Translations under genes and position numbers: made by a program | IMG/VR virus record: IMGVR_UViG_3300009314_000008 | Coordinates: 1 to 64,000 of that record | DNA length: 64,000 nt | Reading direction: 5' to 3' (one strand) | Origin: a virus | Notes under the pieces: model-generated | Told to the model about the DNA's origin: nothing | Seen by the model: only the letters and a program-made list of their open reading frames with translations | Database searches by the model: none | Shown here: one piece after another, positions 7,324 through 16,374 of the stretch | Layout of the letters: each line of letters begins with the position of its first letter | Numbering within the stretch: the stretch's first letter is position 1

Positions 7324-9162
7324 ACTGTATCTGTCCATGTCCCAATTTCAGACAAGGCTGTCAAAAATGCTAAAAACATGATGCCTTCCATGTCTCTTAT
7401 AGAAGAAGAAACAGGCAAGATAAAAGCTTTCCCTGATCATTCCGCAGTGGCTGGACTTCATATACTGTCTAAAACAGAAGATGGGTTAAACAGGATTAAT
7501 TCAGTTCTTCCGGATGGACATAAGGCTACGGGTATACTGGACAAAAATAAAATCAAGAATATAATTAGCAATGTCGCCAAAGATAGTGAGCCAGTAGCCG
7601 CCAAAGTTGCTAATAAGCTAAGAGAGTTAGGCGATAATCATGCATATAAATCAGGGTTTTCCCTATCTTTATCAGATATTGAACCACTACAGGATATCAA
7701 ACAAGAGGCCATTGATAAGGCTATCAAAAAATTGAAGTATGTTGACCCTGGTGATTCAGTTAAGATAGAACAAATTTACCAGAGTATTATTGCCGATACA
7801 GACAAGAAGGTATTAGAGAGAATGAAAAACAGCAAGGGCAATATCCCTGTCATGTTGAATTCTCGAGCTCGAGGCAGCATGTCCCAATTCCGTGATATCA
7901 TAGTGTCACCTATCGCCATTGCCAGCAAAGAGATATCTAAAAAACCTATTAAACATGCTTATTCAGAAGGACTTTCTCCTGCAGAATATTGGAAGTCCGC
8001 ACATGGTGCTCGCAGAGGAGTTATTGGTCGCGCCCAGGAGACCGCGCTGCCCGGCGCCCTCGGTAAAGAATTACTATCCACTACAAATACCCTCATTACC
8101 CGGGGAGATAAACCTGATAGCCTCCGATCAATAGAGTTGCCTCTTGATAACACAGACGATGTTTTAGATCGATATACCGCCCGAGACATCAGAGATGATG
8201 ATAATAGGACAGTAGTCAAAAAAGATACTCTAATTAATCCGGATATTATACAAAAGCTGCTAAAAAAAGATATCAAGAATGTTAGAGTTTATACTCCTCT
8301 GGGTAGTAGTAACATTGACGGGACTATACCATCAGTTGCGTATGGGATTAATAAATATAAAGAGATCCCGGAAGATGGTTACCCAGTAGGTGCAATTAGT
8401 GCATTCGGATTAGTTGAGCCCCTGTATACTGGATCTATGCAGAAATTTCATACTGGGTCTGCTATAGAAGACCAAGCTGCAGGATATCCGAGACTCAAAC
8501 AATTACTCGAGCTTACTTCTTCAACAACTGAACGCAAAAAGCTTCCCAGTGAAGCAACACTGTCTACCGTCTCCGGCGAAGTTGAATCAATAGAGAATGA
8601 TGATCTTGGTGGACATAATGTCACCATAGGTGGTAAGAAACACTACGTCCTGCCTGCCAACAAACTGAAAATTAAGGTCGGGGATTCTGTCGGTAGAGGA
8701 GACTCTCTCTCAACGGGTCCTATCCAACCAAAGGACCTCGCTAAACTGAAATCTATAGAAAGTGCACAAAAGTACATGGTTGATGAAATTCGAAAAGTTA
8801 TTCCTGAATTGAGAAGAAGGAACGCTGAGGTCATAGTAGAGGGATTAACCAGATATGGCAAAATCATTGATCCGGGAGACACCGAATATTTACCAGGAGA
8901 CATTGATCTCGTCAATAACATTAATGCCAAAAATACCGAATTTGATGATAATCCAGCATCATTTGAATATCTTTTCCGCGGAGTAAATACACTCCCCCAG
9001 GAAACACAATCATGGCTATCTAAACTTAACTTCCGTAACCTCAAACGCGTATTTCAGAAGGATCTGATTACTGGTGCAGAAGCAGACATACATGGTCCCG
9101 AACCAATACCTGGACTAGCCTATGGGGTTGAATTCGGCAAGGGTAAGAAAGGTCACTATTAG
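6811..9162 (+). CDS. rpoC: C-intein (aa 1-171) plus RNA polymerase beta' C-terminal fragment
   Basis: RBS GAGGT at 6800-6804; HINT blocks YSDGSEILTSPVN and MYDVSLKNETTFLTDSDIFVFD, then TVSVHVPIS, SRARGS, YSEGLSPAEYWKSAHGARRG, EPLYTGSMQKFHTG, GYPRLKQLLE. Confidence 0.92.
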   Translation: MNNFSLFNRFLHKLSYKLFGKGKVFIGDIDHYPYPIEVKGNCFGGQNIKYVALPGQMCTSITKNGKIVEDEITYFSIHRNIPLYKVIYSDGSEILTSPVNTILIMSDDKWERANLIDMSIVGKVSPGFSDGSIIYKKVVEVINTHKKVDMYDVSLKNETTFLTDSDIFVFDTVSVHVPISDKAVKNAKNMMPSMSLIEEETGKIKAFPDHSAVAGLHILSKTEDGLNRINSVLPDGHKATGILDKNKIKNIISNVAKDSEPVAAKVANKLRELGDNHAYKSGFSLSLSDIEPLQDIKQEAIDKAIKKLKYVDPGDSVKIEQIYQSIIADTDKKVLERMKNSKGNIPVMLNSRARGSMSQFRDIIVSPIAIASKEISKKPIKHAYSEGLSPAEYWKSAHGARRGVIGRAQETALPGALGKELLSTTNTLITRGDKPDSLRSIELPLDNTDDVLDRYTARDIRDDDNRTVVKKDTLINPDIIQKLLKKDIKNVRVYTPLGSSNIDGTIPSVAYGINKYKEIPEDGYPVGAISAFGLVEPLYTGSMQKFHTGSAIEDQAAGYPRLKQLLELTSSTTERKKLPSEATLSTVSGEVESIENDDLGGHNVTIGGKKHYVLPANKLKIKVGDSVGRGDSLSTGPIQPKDLAKLKSIESAQKYMVDEIRKVIPELRRRNAEVIVEGLTRYGKIIDPGDTEYLPGDIDLVNNINAKNTEFDDNPASFEYLFRGVNTLPQETQSWLSKLNFRNLKRVFQKDLITGAEADIHGPEPIPGLAYGVEFGKGKKGHY

Positions 9163-9171
9163 CGAATAGTT

Positions 9172-9200
9172 AAAAAAAAGAGGGGTTGACCCCCTCTTTT
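9172..9200. terminator. bidirectional intrinsic terminator
   Basis: AAAAGAGGGG-ttgac-CCCCTCTTTT between convergent genes. Confidence 0.8.
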
Positions 9201-9217
9201 ATCATTCTGCCAGACGA

Positions 9218-9346
9218 TTATTTGTCGTCTTTTTTGGCATCTACTTCCGGTTCCTTGTCAGCTTTTGCTTTTCTTGGAAACAATAATGCCCCCAAAAAGC
9301 CACCGACAATCAATCCGCCACCGCCAGCGATTAATATAGTTTTCAT
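9218..9346 (-). CDS. small membrane protein (42 aa, MKTILIAGGGGLIVGGFLGALLF...), not in ORF track
   Basis: GGAGG RBS; ATGA overlap with the upstream gene. Confidence 0.65.
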   Translation of the reverse strand: MKTILIAGGGGLIVGGFLGALLFPRKAKADKEPEVDAKKDDK

Positions 9347-9582
9347 TTTTCCTCCTTTGTTTGGAATTCCCTTATCATTGAAACATAGTTTGCGATATCA
9401 TAGTAAGACATGTCATTACGATCCTTTCCGGTTTTACCTTCGTAAAGAACGAATGCCTCTTCGAGTTCTGCAGAATCTGGATTCAACACAACAACATCCA
9501 TGAACCCCGTTTCTACAGTTGCGATCAAAGCCATGGCCACCAATATAGCTATGACAATGAAGATATAACCCTTCTTACTCAT
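9343..9582 (-). CDS. small protein with N-terminal transmembrane helix
   Basis: GGAGG RBS; hydrophobic N-terminus. Confidence 0.7.
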   Translation of the reverse strand: MSKKGYIFIVIAILVAMALIATVETGFMDVVVLNPDSAELEEAFVLYEGKTGKDRNDMSYYDIANYVSMIREFQTKEEK

Positions 9583-9598
9583 TCTTCCTCCTTTTAAA

Positions 9599-9913
9599 TT
9601 ATTGTGTCACAACATTGTCGAGAGATGGTAATTCAATTATTTTATACCGATAACATTTTTTAAGATATTCCTGCCCTTTCTTTGTATGAGTCAAGTAATA
9701 ATACTCACGCAGAACATTCCATACGAACCCTGCTACAAACAGTATCAACGCACTCAACCACCCCATCACTATCCATATGGTTACGACAGGGATGGCAAAC
9801 CAGGGACTTCTAATTAGAATGTCCAAAAAGATGGGTACTTCCAGTTTTTTCATAGCGATCCACATACCTCTTAAACTTTGTACTAAACCAATCCATAAGA
9901 ATGTGACAAACAT
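9599..9913 (-). CDS. small membrane protein
   Basis: GGAGG RBS; 2-3 hydrophobic segments. Confidence 0.7.
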   Translation of the reverse strand: MFVTFLWIGLVQSLRGMWIAMKKLEVPIFLDILIRSPWFAIPVVTIWIVMGWLSALILFVAGFVWNVLREYYYLTHTKKGQEYLKKCYRYKIIELPSLDNVVTQ

Positions 9914-9936
9914 TTTTCCTCCTGTTTTTAGAGTCT

Positions 9937-9978
9937 AAAAAAACCGCCCACTGCTATCGCTTTTTTTGTGGGCGGTTT
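9937..9978 (-). terminator. intrinsic terminator ending the minus-strand structural operon
   Basis: 11-bp inverted repeat AAACCGCCCAC/GTGGGCGGTTT running into a T7 tract on the minus strand. Confidence 0.7.
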
Positions 9979-9991
9979 GCTATACATGACT

Positions 9992-10028
9992 CTATTTATT
10001 ATATAACAGATTTATGGCATTTTCGTCA
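9992..10028 (-). promoter_or_regulatory. putative phage promoter motif, copy 2
   Basis: TGACG-N10-AAATCTGTTATATAATAAATAG, matching 714-751. Confidence 0.55.
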
Positions 10029-10427
10029 TAATATAAGAGTTATAATCATTACCACGAAAGTTAATGCTGATATAATAATCGCTATTTTGGCTATTGTATT
10101 ATATTCTTTCCTGCTTTCTGATTTATCTTTCTGGTCAAATTTATCATTTATCATTGTTTCTATTTTATCCTCGCTTAGAGGTTCTTTGAATTTGCTTATC
10201 ATACTTTCGATTTTGTCCCGTGGCACATATTCTTTTTCTATTGTCCCAATCCGCAAAAGATTACTATCAACGATCTTTCCTGTATCTATCCTCCATTGTG
10301 CAGACTTATCCTGAGACCCCATTATCTTCATTAATAAACCCATAATCTCTTTTTTGTCAGTATCAAGTTCCGTTTTCGTTTTTTTTAAACACTCTAATAA
10401 TATTAACCTTCGTTCATCCTGGTTCAT
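10026..10427 (-). CDS. coiled-coil protein with C-terminal transmembrane helix (lysis or holin-like candidate)
   Basis: Charged helical body; C-terminal IAIIISALTFVVMIITLIL. Confidence 0.55.
   Translation of the reverse strand: MNQDERRLILLECLKKTKTELDTDKKEIMGLLMKIMGSQDKSAQWRIDTGKIVDSNLLRIGTIEKEYVPRDKIESMISKFKEPLSEDKIETMINDKFDQKDKSESRKEYNTIAKIAIIISALTFVVMIITLIL
10296..10321. repeat. 26-bp exact repeat, copy A (copy B at 32776-32801)
   Basis: TTGTGCAGACTTATCCTGAGACCCCA in both places; both encode GSQDKSAQ on the minus strand. Confidence 0.9.
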
Positions 10428-10444
10428 ATGTGTTTTCCTTATCT

Positions 10445-11188
10445 CTATTCATTTACTATATAGTTTATAAACTTAAGGTCTCCATTTTCAACGCGTCTAC
10501 TTTCAAGAGTGAGGGTTATTTGTTTACCTTCTTTATCAACATAGTCAGTTGTATATTGAAAGGTGTCATTTTTATGCTGTTCAAGGTAAACCCTCCCTTG
10601 TTCTGGATAAAGATAAAATTGACGCGTATTCATATTTAACATTTTCTCTTTTGTATAGCCAAATTTCTTCGCGAACCTATCGTTGATCATATATATTCCA
10701 CCATCTGGATATGTTACGGCAATTCCATATGGCGAGTAACCTACAATTGCCCTCAACAGTGCTTCTGTATGCTTCTTTTCATGAATATCGATGGCTAAAA
10801 CAAATTTTGCCCTCTCTCCATGCCAATCGATTAAAGTAGCATGATATCTGTACCACCTATTATTCGTTAGATTTTTTTTCTCCAATGCAGGGAGGATATT
10901 TAGCTGTACTGTCTCAGTATTGCGGAATGTGTATTTATAATCAAGCCCTTGTAATGCTTTACAACATTTTTCCCCAAGCACACTTTTTTTCATCAATTTT
11001 TTCAAAGAAGCATTTTCAAATAATATTTTGTCGGACTGTATACTCGCGATATATGATGGATGCGATACACAGTCCATTATTTGCTCGAATTGCCCGCGTT
11101 CTTTGGCTATTCTTTCTTGTAATTCTCTTATAATATCAGCATTTATATCTGCTAATTGTTTTGCTGTTGATTCTCTACTGTTATTCAT
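10445..11188 (-). CDS. tandem PAS-domain protein with no output domain
   Basis: QIMDCVSHPSYIASIQSDKILFENAS..GEKCCKALQG..VLAIDIHEKK and IVGYSPYGIAVTYPDGGIYMINDRFAKKFGYTKEKML..DKEG are typical PAS/PAC patterns. Confidence 0.8.
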   Translation of the reverse strand: MNNSRESTAKQLADINADIIRELQERIAKERGQFEQIMDCVSHPSYIASIQSDKILFENASLKKLMKKSVLGEKCCKALQGLDYKYTFRNTETVQLNILPALEKKNLTNNRWYRYHATLIDWHGERAKFVLAIDIHEKKHTEALLRAIVGYSPYGIAVTYPDGGIYMINDRFAKKFGYTKEKMLNMNTRQFYLYPEQGRVYLEQHKNDTFQYTTDYVDKEGKQITLTLESRRVENGDLKFINYIVNE

Positions 11189-11236
11189 TTATATTCACCC
11201 CCGATAACTTCGCCTTCATTCTTCTTGGCTTTATTA

Positions 11237-12694
11237 TTATATAGTGCTCAATTCTTTACCCGAATATTGTGATTTCAGCACTATCTCCATTGTTATATCG
11301 TCCGTAAATTCAATATTTCTTGTTTCTATCCGATATCCACTTTTAGACACACTTATTTGATGATACCTACTATTATCAATAGAATCCGACCATTGTTCAA
11401 AAATATCTTCCGAGGTCTCTTCTTTTTCGACAAAGACAGGATTATCTCCCCAAACATTCTTTAATTGTCCATTGCTATTTGTCAATCCTGCATGCCATTC
11501 TTTTGATGCTACCGACTGCTGAATAATACTTACAGCCGCATTTTCTATAGGACTTCCATTTATATCATTAACAGTTAAACCTAAAGAGAACACATGAAGA
11601 TGTGTTCCATTATAAGTCCACATCTTGTTAGCAGTATCTATATTCGTAAAAGTCGTCGTTCCCTGCCAAAAAACTAAACCCCCTTGAGAAACTCTTGCTC
11701 CGTAATCCTGATTTTTAATCTCTCCGTCTTTCCAAAGAACCCTGCCACCATAAAAACAATACAATCCATAAACACCATTGCCCGATATTCCAGCATGGTC
11801 TATGTCGTCAATTACACAATTATCAAAAACCGTCATCGGCTGAAAAGTTTTATTATTAACTAACTGAGTCTTAGATGTATTGAACGGTAAACCTATCCCG
11901 TTACCACTCGAATAACAGACAATTGGACCTTTACAATCCTTAAAGGTCGAATTGCTTATTTTTACATTACCTGAAATATTATAAAGTGGATGATCCAAAT
12001 GCTCCACATGCCAGTTGTTAAAAGTCCTGTTATCTAAAGGTACTGTTGCATTATGTCCCAAATATATCCTGCCCCAATAATTAGCGTTTGTATTCTCAAC
12101 AGTTATATTATCAAAAGAGCATGTTGGCAATTTATCGGTATGATAATCATAACCCATATAAACCATATACCCTGTGCTATAGGATACATCTTGTATCTTT
12201 ACATAATCCCAGTCAAAGTCGTCTCTAGGATAAAAATAGTTGCTTCGCATATGCTTCAAGATAATCTCATTGCCACTTGACCCTGATAACGTAGACTTGC
12301 CCCACCAGTAAGCATAACCTCTATGTGTTCCTGCTGTATCAAAATCAAACTCAAATCCTGCTTCAACTTCTATCTCACTCCCTGTTGCCATGTCAAAAAC
12401 TGTATAAATCCCTGATGTTGATCCCCATGTCCACTGAAGTTTTGAATAATTGGACCCCGAATTTTGGAACAAAACTTTACATCCTGAGGATATCTCAAAT
12501 TCACAATAAACTTGCCCAGACTTAGGAGGAATTGTATATATATAAGGTTCTCCCTCGATACCTGACCCTGATCGTGTCATCCTCGTAGCATCGATGGCAA
12601 TAACCGCTTGATATATTAATTCCAGAGGCTCTTGGACTCCACCCGTCGATGTTACATCGATTTTTGTATTGCTCAAACTTACTGTCACAGCCAT
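11237..12694 (-). CDS. putative receptor-binding or virion protein: beta-helix-like region plus C-terminal Ig/transthyretin-like domain
   Basis: Asn/Ile-rich short beta repeats; LTVNDINGSPIENAAVSI..TNSNG..VSKSGY pattern. Confidence 0.55.
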   Translation of the reverse strand: MAVTVSLSNTKIDVTSTGGVQEPLELIYQAVIAIDATRMTRSGSGIEGEPYIYTIPPKSGQVYCEFEISSGCKVLFQNSGSNYSKLQWTWGSTSGIYTVFDMATGSEIEVEAGFEFDFDTAGTHRGYAYWWGKSTLSGSSGNEIILKHMRSNYFYPRDDFDWDYVKIQDVSYSTGYMVYMGYDYHTDKLPTCSFDNITVENTNANYWGRIYLGHNATVPLDNRTFNNWHVEHLDHPLYNISGNVKISNSTFKDCKGPIVCYSSGNGIGLPFNTSKTQLVNNKTFQPMTVFDNCVIDDIDHAGISGNGVYGLYCFYGGRVLWKDGEIKNQDYGARVSQGGLVFWQGTTTFTNIDTANKMWTYNGTHLHVFSLGLTVNDINGSPIENAAVSIIQQSVASKEWHAGLTNSNGQLKNVWGDNPVFVEKEETSEDIFEQWSDSIDNSRYHQISVSKSGYRIETRNIEFTDDITMEIVLKSQYSGKELSTI

Positions 12695-14719
12695 TTAGTA
12701 CCTTTTAACCCCACTGATCATTATTTCTGTTAATTTATTCGACCCGTCATGATCCAGATAATAGAAATGTAACTCATTTGAAACATCCTCATCCCTGTAT
12801 ATTATCCCCATAGCAGTTTCATGTTTATCCCCACTATGATGAGATACTATTAATCGTTTTTTTACATTGGCATCATCGGATGCATAACCATTATCATTTT
12901 GTAGTATCCACAAACTCCAATCAGTAGAAACCGTTTTAAATAACATTTCGTCAATCGCTATTTTTGAACAGCCTATATCTATATGATAATCAACCGATTT
13001 ATCAAATCCTGATCCTCCATTATCATCAGTTACTTGAATAAGTTGTGACATCAGTTCCTTCCTTTTTTCTTCATTATCTATTCCGGCAATTATATCTGCA
13101 TACCTGTTTTTAATGGCACTGGGCATATCACTTAATATCCTTTTTGTCCGCGTTATTCTACAATAAATATAATCAAAAGGGCAAGCATTGGCACATACGG
13201 CGCATATTGCTCCATTTATTCCCTCCGAACATCCTCCTCCAGATATGGGCTTTTTTGCGCCAGGTTGATCATTGCTTTGTATCCAATTACTCTCGCCATC
13301 TATCTCTCCGTCTCCACACAGCCCATTCATATTCGCAGCCCTGACACACATTATTCTGGTATTCTCATCATCGGTTTTATTAATCGCAAGATGAGAGGAA
13401 TTAAAGTCCCTTGGTCTGATGTCAGCATATCGAATGCTTGCTGTCTGTATTGGCGATTCAAATCCATTCGCATTTTTCGTTTTAAAATAAATAGTTTTCG
13501 TTCCGTGATCGTGGGAAAGTTTGAAAGATGGAGCAGTCGAATATGTTTTCCATAAAGCTCCGGTAAAATCTGCTGATTCCGAAGCCATGTAATGAGTTTG
13601 TCCGCTTTTTTTAATGAAATTGTTAAGTGTTACTTCCTGATCAACCGTGAATTCTGCTCCGTCATTAATAGAGAAAGTGTTTTCATCATCGTATAGACGG
13701 AATTTGATTAGCTTTAAAGAATCAGGGATATTCTGATTCCCATAAAAAGATATCCAGATATTATTGCTGTCTTTATATGCAATTCCATTTGCTGCCAGAA
13801 AATCGACACCGAAATTCTCTTTGACCAAAGTTTCCATTTCGGTATTTTTAATAACGAGAAAACCGTTGGGAATATCCCCATACCCAGGTCGTCCAGAAAA
13901 ACAATAAAAAATCAACCCATTGTAGTAAAATGAACCATATACTTCATTATATTTGTCTCCCCATTCTTCTATATAGGTGTAAAAGTTCATTGTATCAGCA
14001 AACATAGTACAATATCTTCTGTGTGTATATAAATCTAACGGTTCAACCATCTCTCCGAGACCTGTTCCAAAAAATAATTTACTACCATAAGAGGCATGTT
14101 CATCGTGAAAAACATAAAAACTATAAAAATTTTTATAGGAGTCGAGAACCAATGTATCTTTATGTATTTTCCAAACTTTATTCATAGCCGAGATAGTTAT
14201 AAAGAAATAATCTCCACTAATACCAACACCATGAATAGCATCTGCAATATCAGGGTATTCCGCAAAAGTATAATCATCGTCAGAGATACTATCTGGATTG
14301 GTAATATTAACTTTACAAATTCCACCTTTACCGGTTGAATACCTGCCGAAAATATACAAATAGTCTCCGACAGTTCTTATGCATTCCGGATTATAAACTG
14401 TTTCTGACTCGGTAGAATGTTCAAAAATCGTTACCGATAAATCAGTAATATCTACCCTGTAAATTCTTACTTTATCGGGATGGCAGCACCAGATATAATC
14501 TTTTGCGAGATCGAAAGACCAACCTTTGATCTTTTCTCCAGCACCAAAGTCAACTTTTTCAAAATCATTTAGATCATTTATGTTAATTTTGAAAACGCTT
14601 TGAGTCGGATATTGCTCTAAAACCCATAAATAACCTTCATTGTAAAAGAAAGCATGAAGGCGATCTATCCTGTGCAATCCAGCGTAGGTGTGTTTTTGTA
14701 AAATCTCTAATTGTAACAA
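12695..14719 (-). CDS. putative receptor-binding protein with N-terminal beta-propeller
   Basis: Repeating blades (GYLWV, DYIWC, DYLYIFG); FSINDGAEFT..VTL..GTKTIYFKTKN Ig-like module. Confidence 0.55.
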   Translation of the reverse strand: MLQLEILQKHTYAGLHRIDRLHAFFYNEGYLWVLEQYPTQSVFKININDLNDFEKVDFGAGEKIKGWSFDLAKDYIWCCHPDKVRIYRVDITDLSVTIFEHSTESETVYNPECIRTVGDYLYIFGRYSTGKGGICKVNITNPDSISDDDYTFAEYPDIADAIHGVGISGDYFFITISAMNKVWKIHKDTLVLDSYKNFYSFYVFHDEHASYGSKLFFGTGLGEMVEPLDLYTHRRYCTMFADTMNFYTYIEEWGDKYNEVYGSFYYNGLIFYCFSGRPGYGDIPNGFLVIKNTEMETLVKENFGVDFLAANGIAYKDSNNIWISFYGNQNIPDSLKLIKFRLYDDENTFSINDGAEFTVDQEVTLNNFIKKSGQTHYMASESADFTGALWKTYSTAPSFKLSHDHGTKTIYFKTKNANGFESPIQTASIRYADIRPRDFNSSHLAINKTDDENTRIMCVRAANMNGLCGDGEIDGESNWIQSNDQPGAKKPISGGGCSEGINGAICAVCANACPFDYIYCRITRTKRILSDMPSAIKNRYADIIAGIDNEEKRKELMSQLIQVTDDNGGSGFDKSVDYHIDIGCSKIAIDEMLFKTVSTDWSLWILQNDNGYASDDANVKKRLIVSHHSGDKHETAMGIIYRDEDVSNELHFYYLDHDGSNKLTEIMISGVKRY

Positions 14720-15763
14720 TTATCTTTCCTGTCCGAATAATAGTTTATCGATTTTTAATGATTCTGCATTTGCTCCACCGGCTTTAACACCATACATTAT
14801 TCCCATAACAACGATAGCACTTGCGGTATTTAGAGTGTGTGGAGTTCCGGCAACTCCATTTACATAAGGAGTAAACTTATAATTATTTGTCGAAGTAATT
14901 TCAATTTTAATCCCAAGTTTATACCAAGTATTGCTAACAAAAGGGTCAACGACATTACTGATTTCTTGATTTGTCACCGTCAATCCAATACAAGTTCCGA
15001 ATTTAATTTTCATATCACCATCTGTTTTGAAAAATATCATTCTGGAGAATGATCCAGTAGTTAATCCACCTCCATCATTTTGTAGGTTATCAGCAGCAAT
15101 ATTACTTGTTAATCCAACAATCCAATTAGCAGCATCTATATTTGTTTCTTCAAGCCTTTTTCGGAATTCAATGAAAATAGGTTTATTCTCCTTCAATTTA
15201 GCAAATTTCGCTTTTGACACCATGTAATGATAATCATTATCCTCTGCGTCTGTTTTTATAAATGCAACACCATTTTCATCATTTGTAGCTTCCGAAAGTG
15301 TATTAGTGCCGGTTGCACCATCGTCGAGAGAATCCCATTTTTGTGTATCGAGAAATGTAAACTCATCTTCAACAACAACTCCATTGACAAATACTTCTAT
15401 CGGACAATCTTTCCAGACTCCTGCTCCTGCTGCCTGTTTGTAAACATAAGTTCCTGCTATCGCATACCATTGCCCCGAACTTCCATCTACAACATACGGA
15501 GGATCTTCCGTGATGGAAATATTTTTCCAGAGATAAAGAGTATTTCTTTTTGAATCGGAAGAATCTTCGATAATAACAAACGTTGTTCCGCTTGAAACAC
15601 CGGCAATGGCATTTAATTGTGTAGACGGGTCTTCGATATTATCCGAAAGTGTTTGAATATACATTGATTCCAGAATATCTCGCACATCTTGGCAGGTTGC
15701 ATCTTCCCCTGCGTCAGGAAAAAGTAATTTTAACGCAGCAAGCGTTCTTTTTGTATCAGCCAT
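14720..15763 (-). CDS. tail fibre or spike protein with lectin-like C-terminal domain
   Basis: Beta-rich C-domain (NTWYKLGI..YVNGV..LKIDKL); position in fibre cluster. Confidence 0.5.
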   Translation of the reverse strand: MADTKRTLAALKLLFPDAGEDATCQDVRDILESMYIQTLSDNIEDPSTQLNAIAGVSSGTTFVIIEDSSDSKRNTLYLWKNISITEDPPYVVDGSSGQWYAIAGTYVYKQAAGAGVWKDCPIEVFVNGVVVEDEFTFLDTQKWDSLDDGATGTNTLSEATNDENGVAFIKTDAEDNDYHYMVSKAKFAKLKENKPIFIEFRKRLEETNIDAANWIVGLTSNIAADNLQNDGGGLTTGSFSRMIFFKTDGDMKIKFGTCIGLTVTNQEISNVVDPFVSNTWYKLGIKIEITSTNNYKFTPYVNGVAGTPHTLNTASAIVVMGIMYGVKAGGANAESLKIDKLLFGQER

Positions 15764-15768
15764 GATTA

Positions 15769-16374
15769 TTATTCTCCTTTGTAAAATTGATCGCTGAATT
15801 GATCGCTAAAACCACCATACTTAATTAATCTATCAAAATATGATGCTTTACAATACACCTTATTAGCAACACAAACAACAATATTTTTCATTCTAATCCC
15901 AAATGCTGACATTATAGCACTTTTTAGAGCCAATGCCGAAACGTGTAGCATGTCAGATGAAGTGGCAAACTGATCGCTATTAAATTGACTACTGAATCCG
16001 GCACTTTTATATTCAAACTGTCCGCAAACTTCATCATTTTCAGTCGTTCCAAAACTGTAATAGGCCCCTGTAGAAACTAATCCGAGAACAAAGTTTGAAT
16101 TTTCTCGATCATCTGCGATCATACCCGCATTAATTGTGATTACTATCCAATCACATTTATCACCAAAACATTTAGCGCTGGCATAATAAACTCCAATTCC
16201 TTTTGACCTAACATCCTCTACTCTTCTTAGGTTACCCCCGTGTCCAACAATATCAAATTTAGATAATGATCCACCTTCTTCAATATTAACTATCTCTTTA
16301 TTTCGTTTTTTAAGATAATCTTTAAGAAATATATCCAGAAATTCGTCTTTATTCACTTTCTTCTGCATCCACAA
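15769..16374 (-). CDS. tail or baseplate accessory protein with FSxQF repeats
   Basis: GFSSQFNSDQF and GGFSDQFSDQF motifs. Confidence 0.5.
   Translation of the reverse strand: MWMQKKVNKDEFLDIFLKDYLKKRNKEIVNIEEGGSLSKFDIVGHGGNLRRVEDVRSKGIGVYYASAKCFGDKCDWIVITINAGMIADDRENSNFVLGLVSTGAYYSFGTTENDEVCGQFEYKSAGFSSQFNSDQFATSSDMLHVSALALKSAIMSAFGIRMKNIVVCVANKVYCKASYFDRLIKYGGFSDQFSDQFYKGE

Noticed and set aside
1574-9044. Minus-strand ORFs inside the RNAP genes, and plus-strand ORFs throughout 10-64 kb
   Set aside because: They are antisense shadows of well-supported genes, with no RBS or recognisable motifs.
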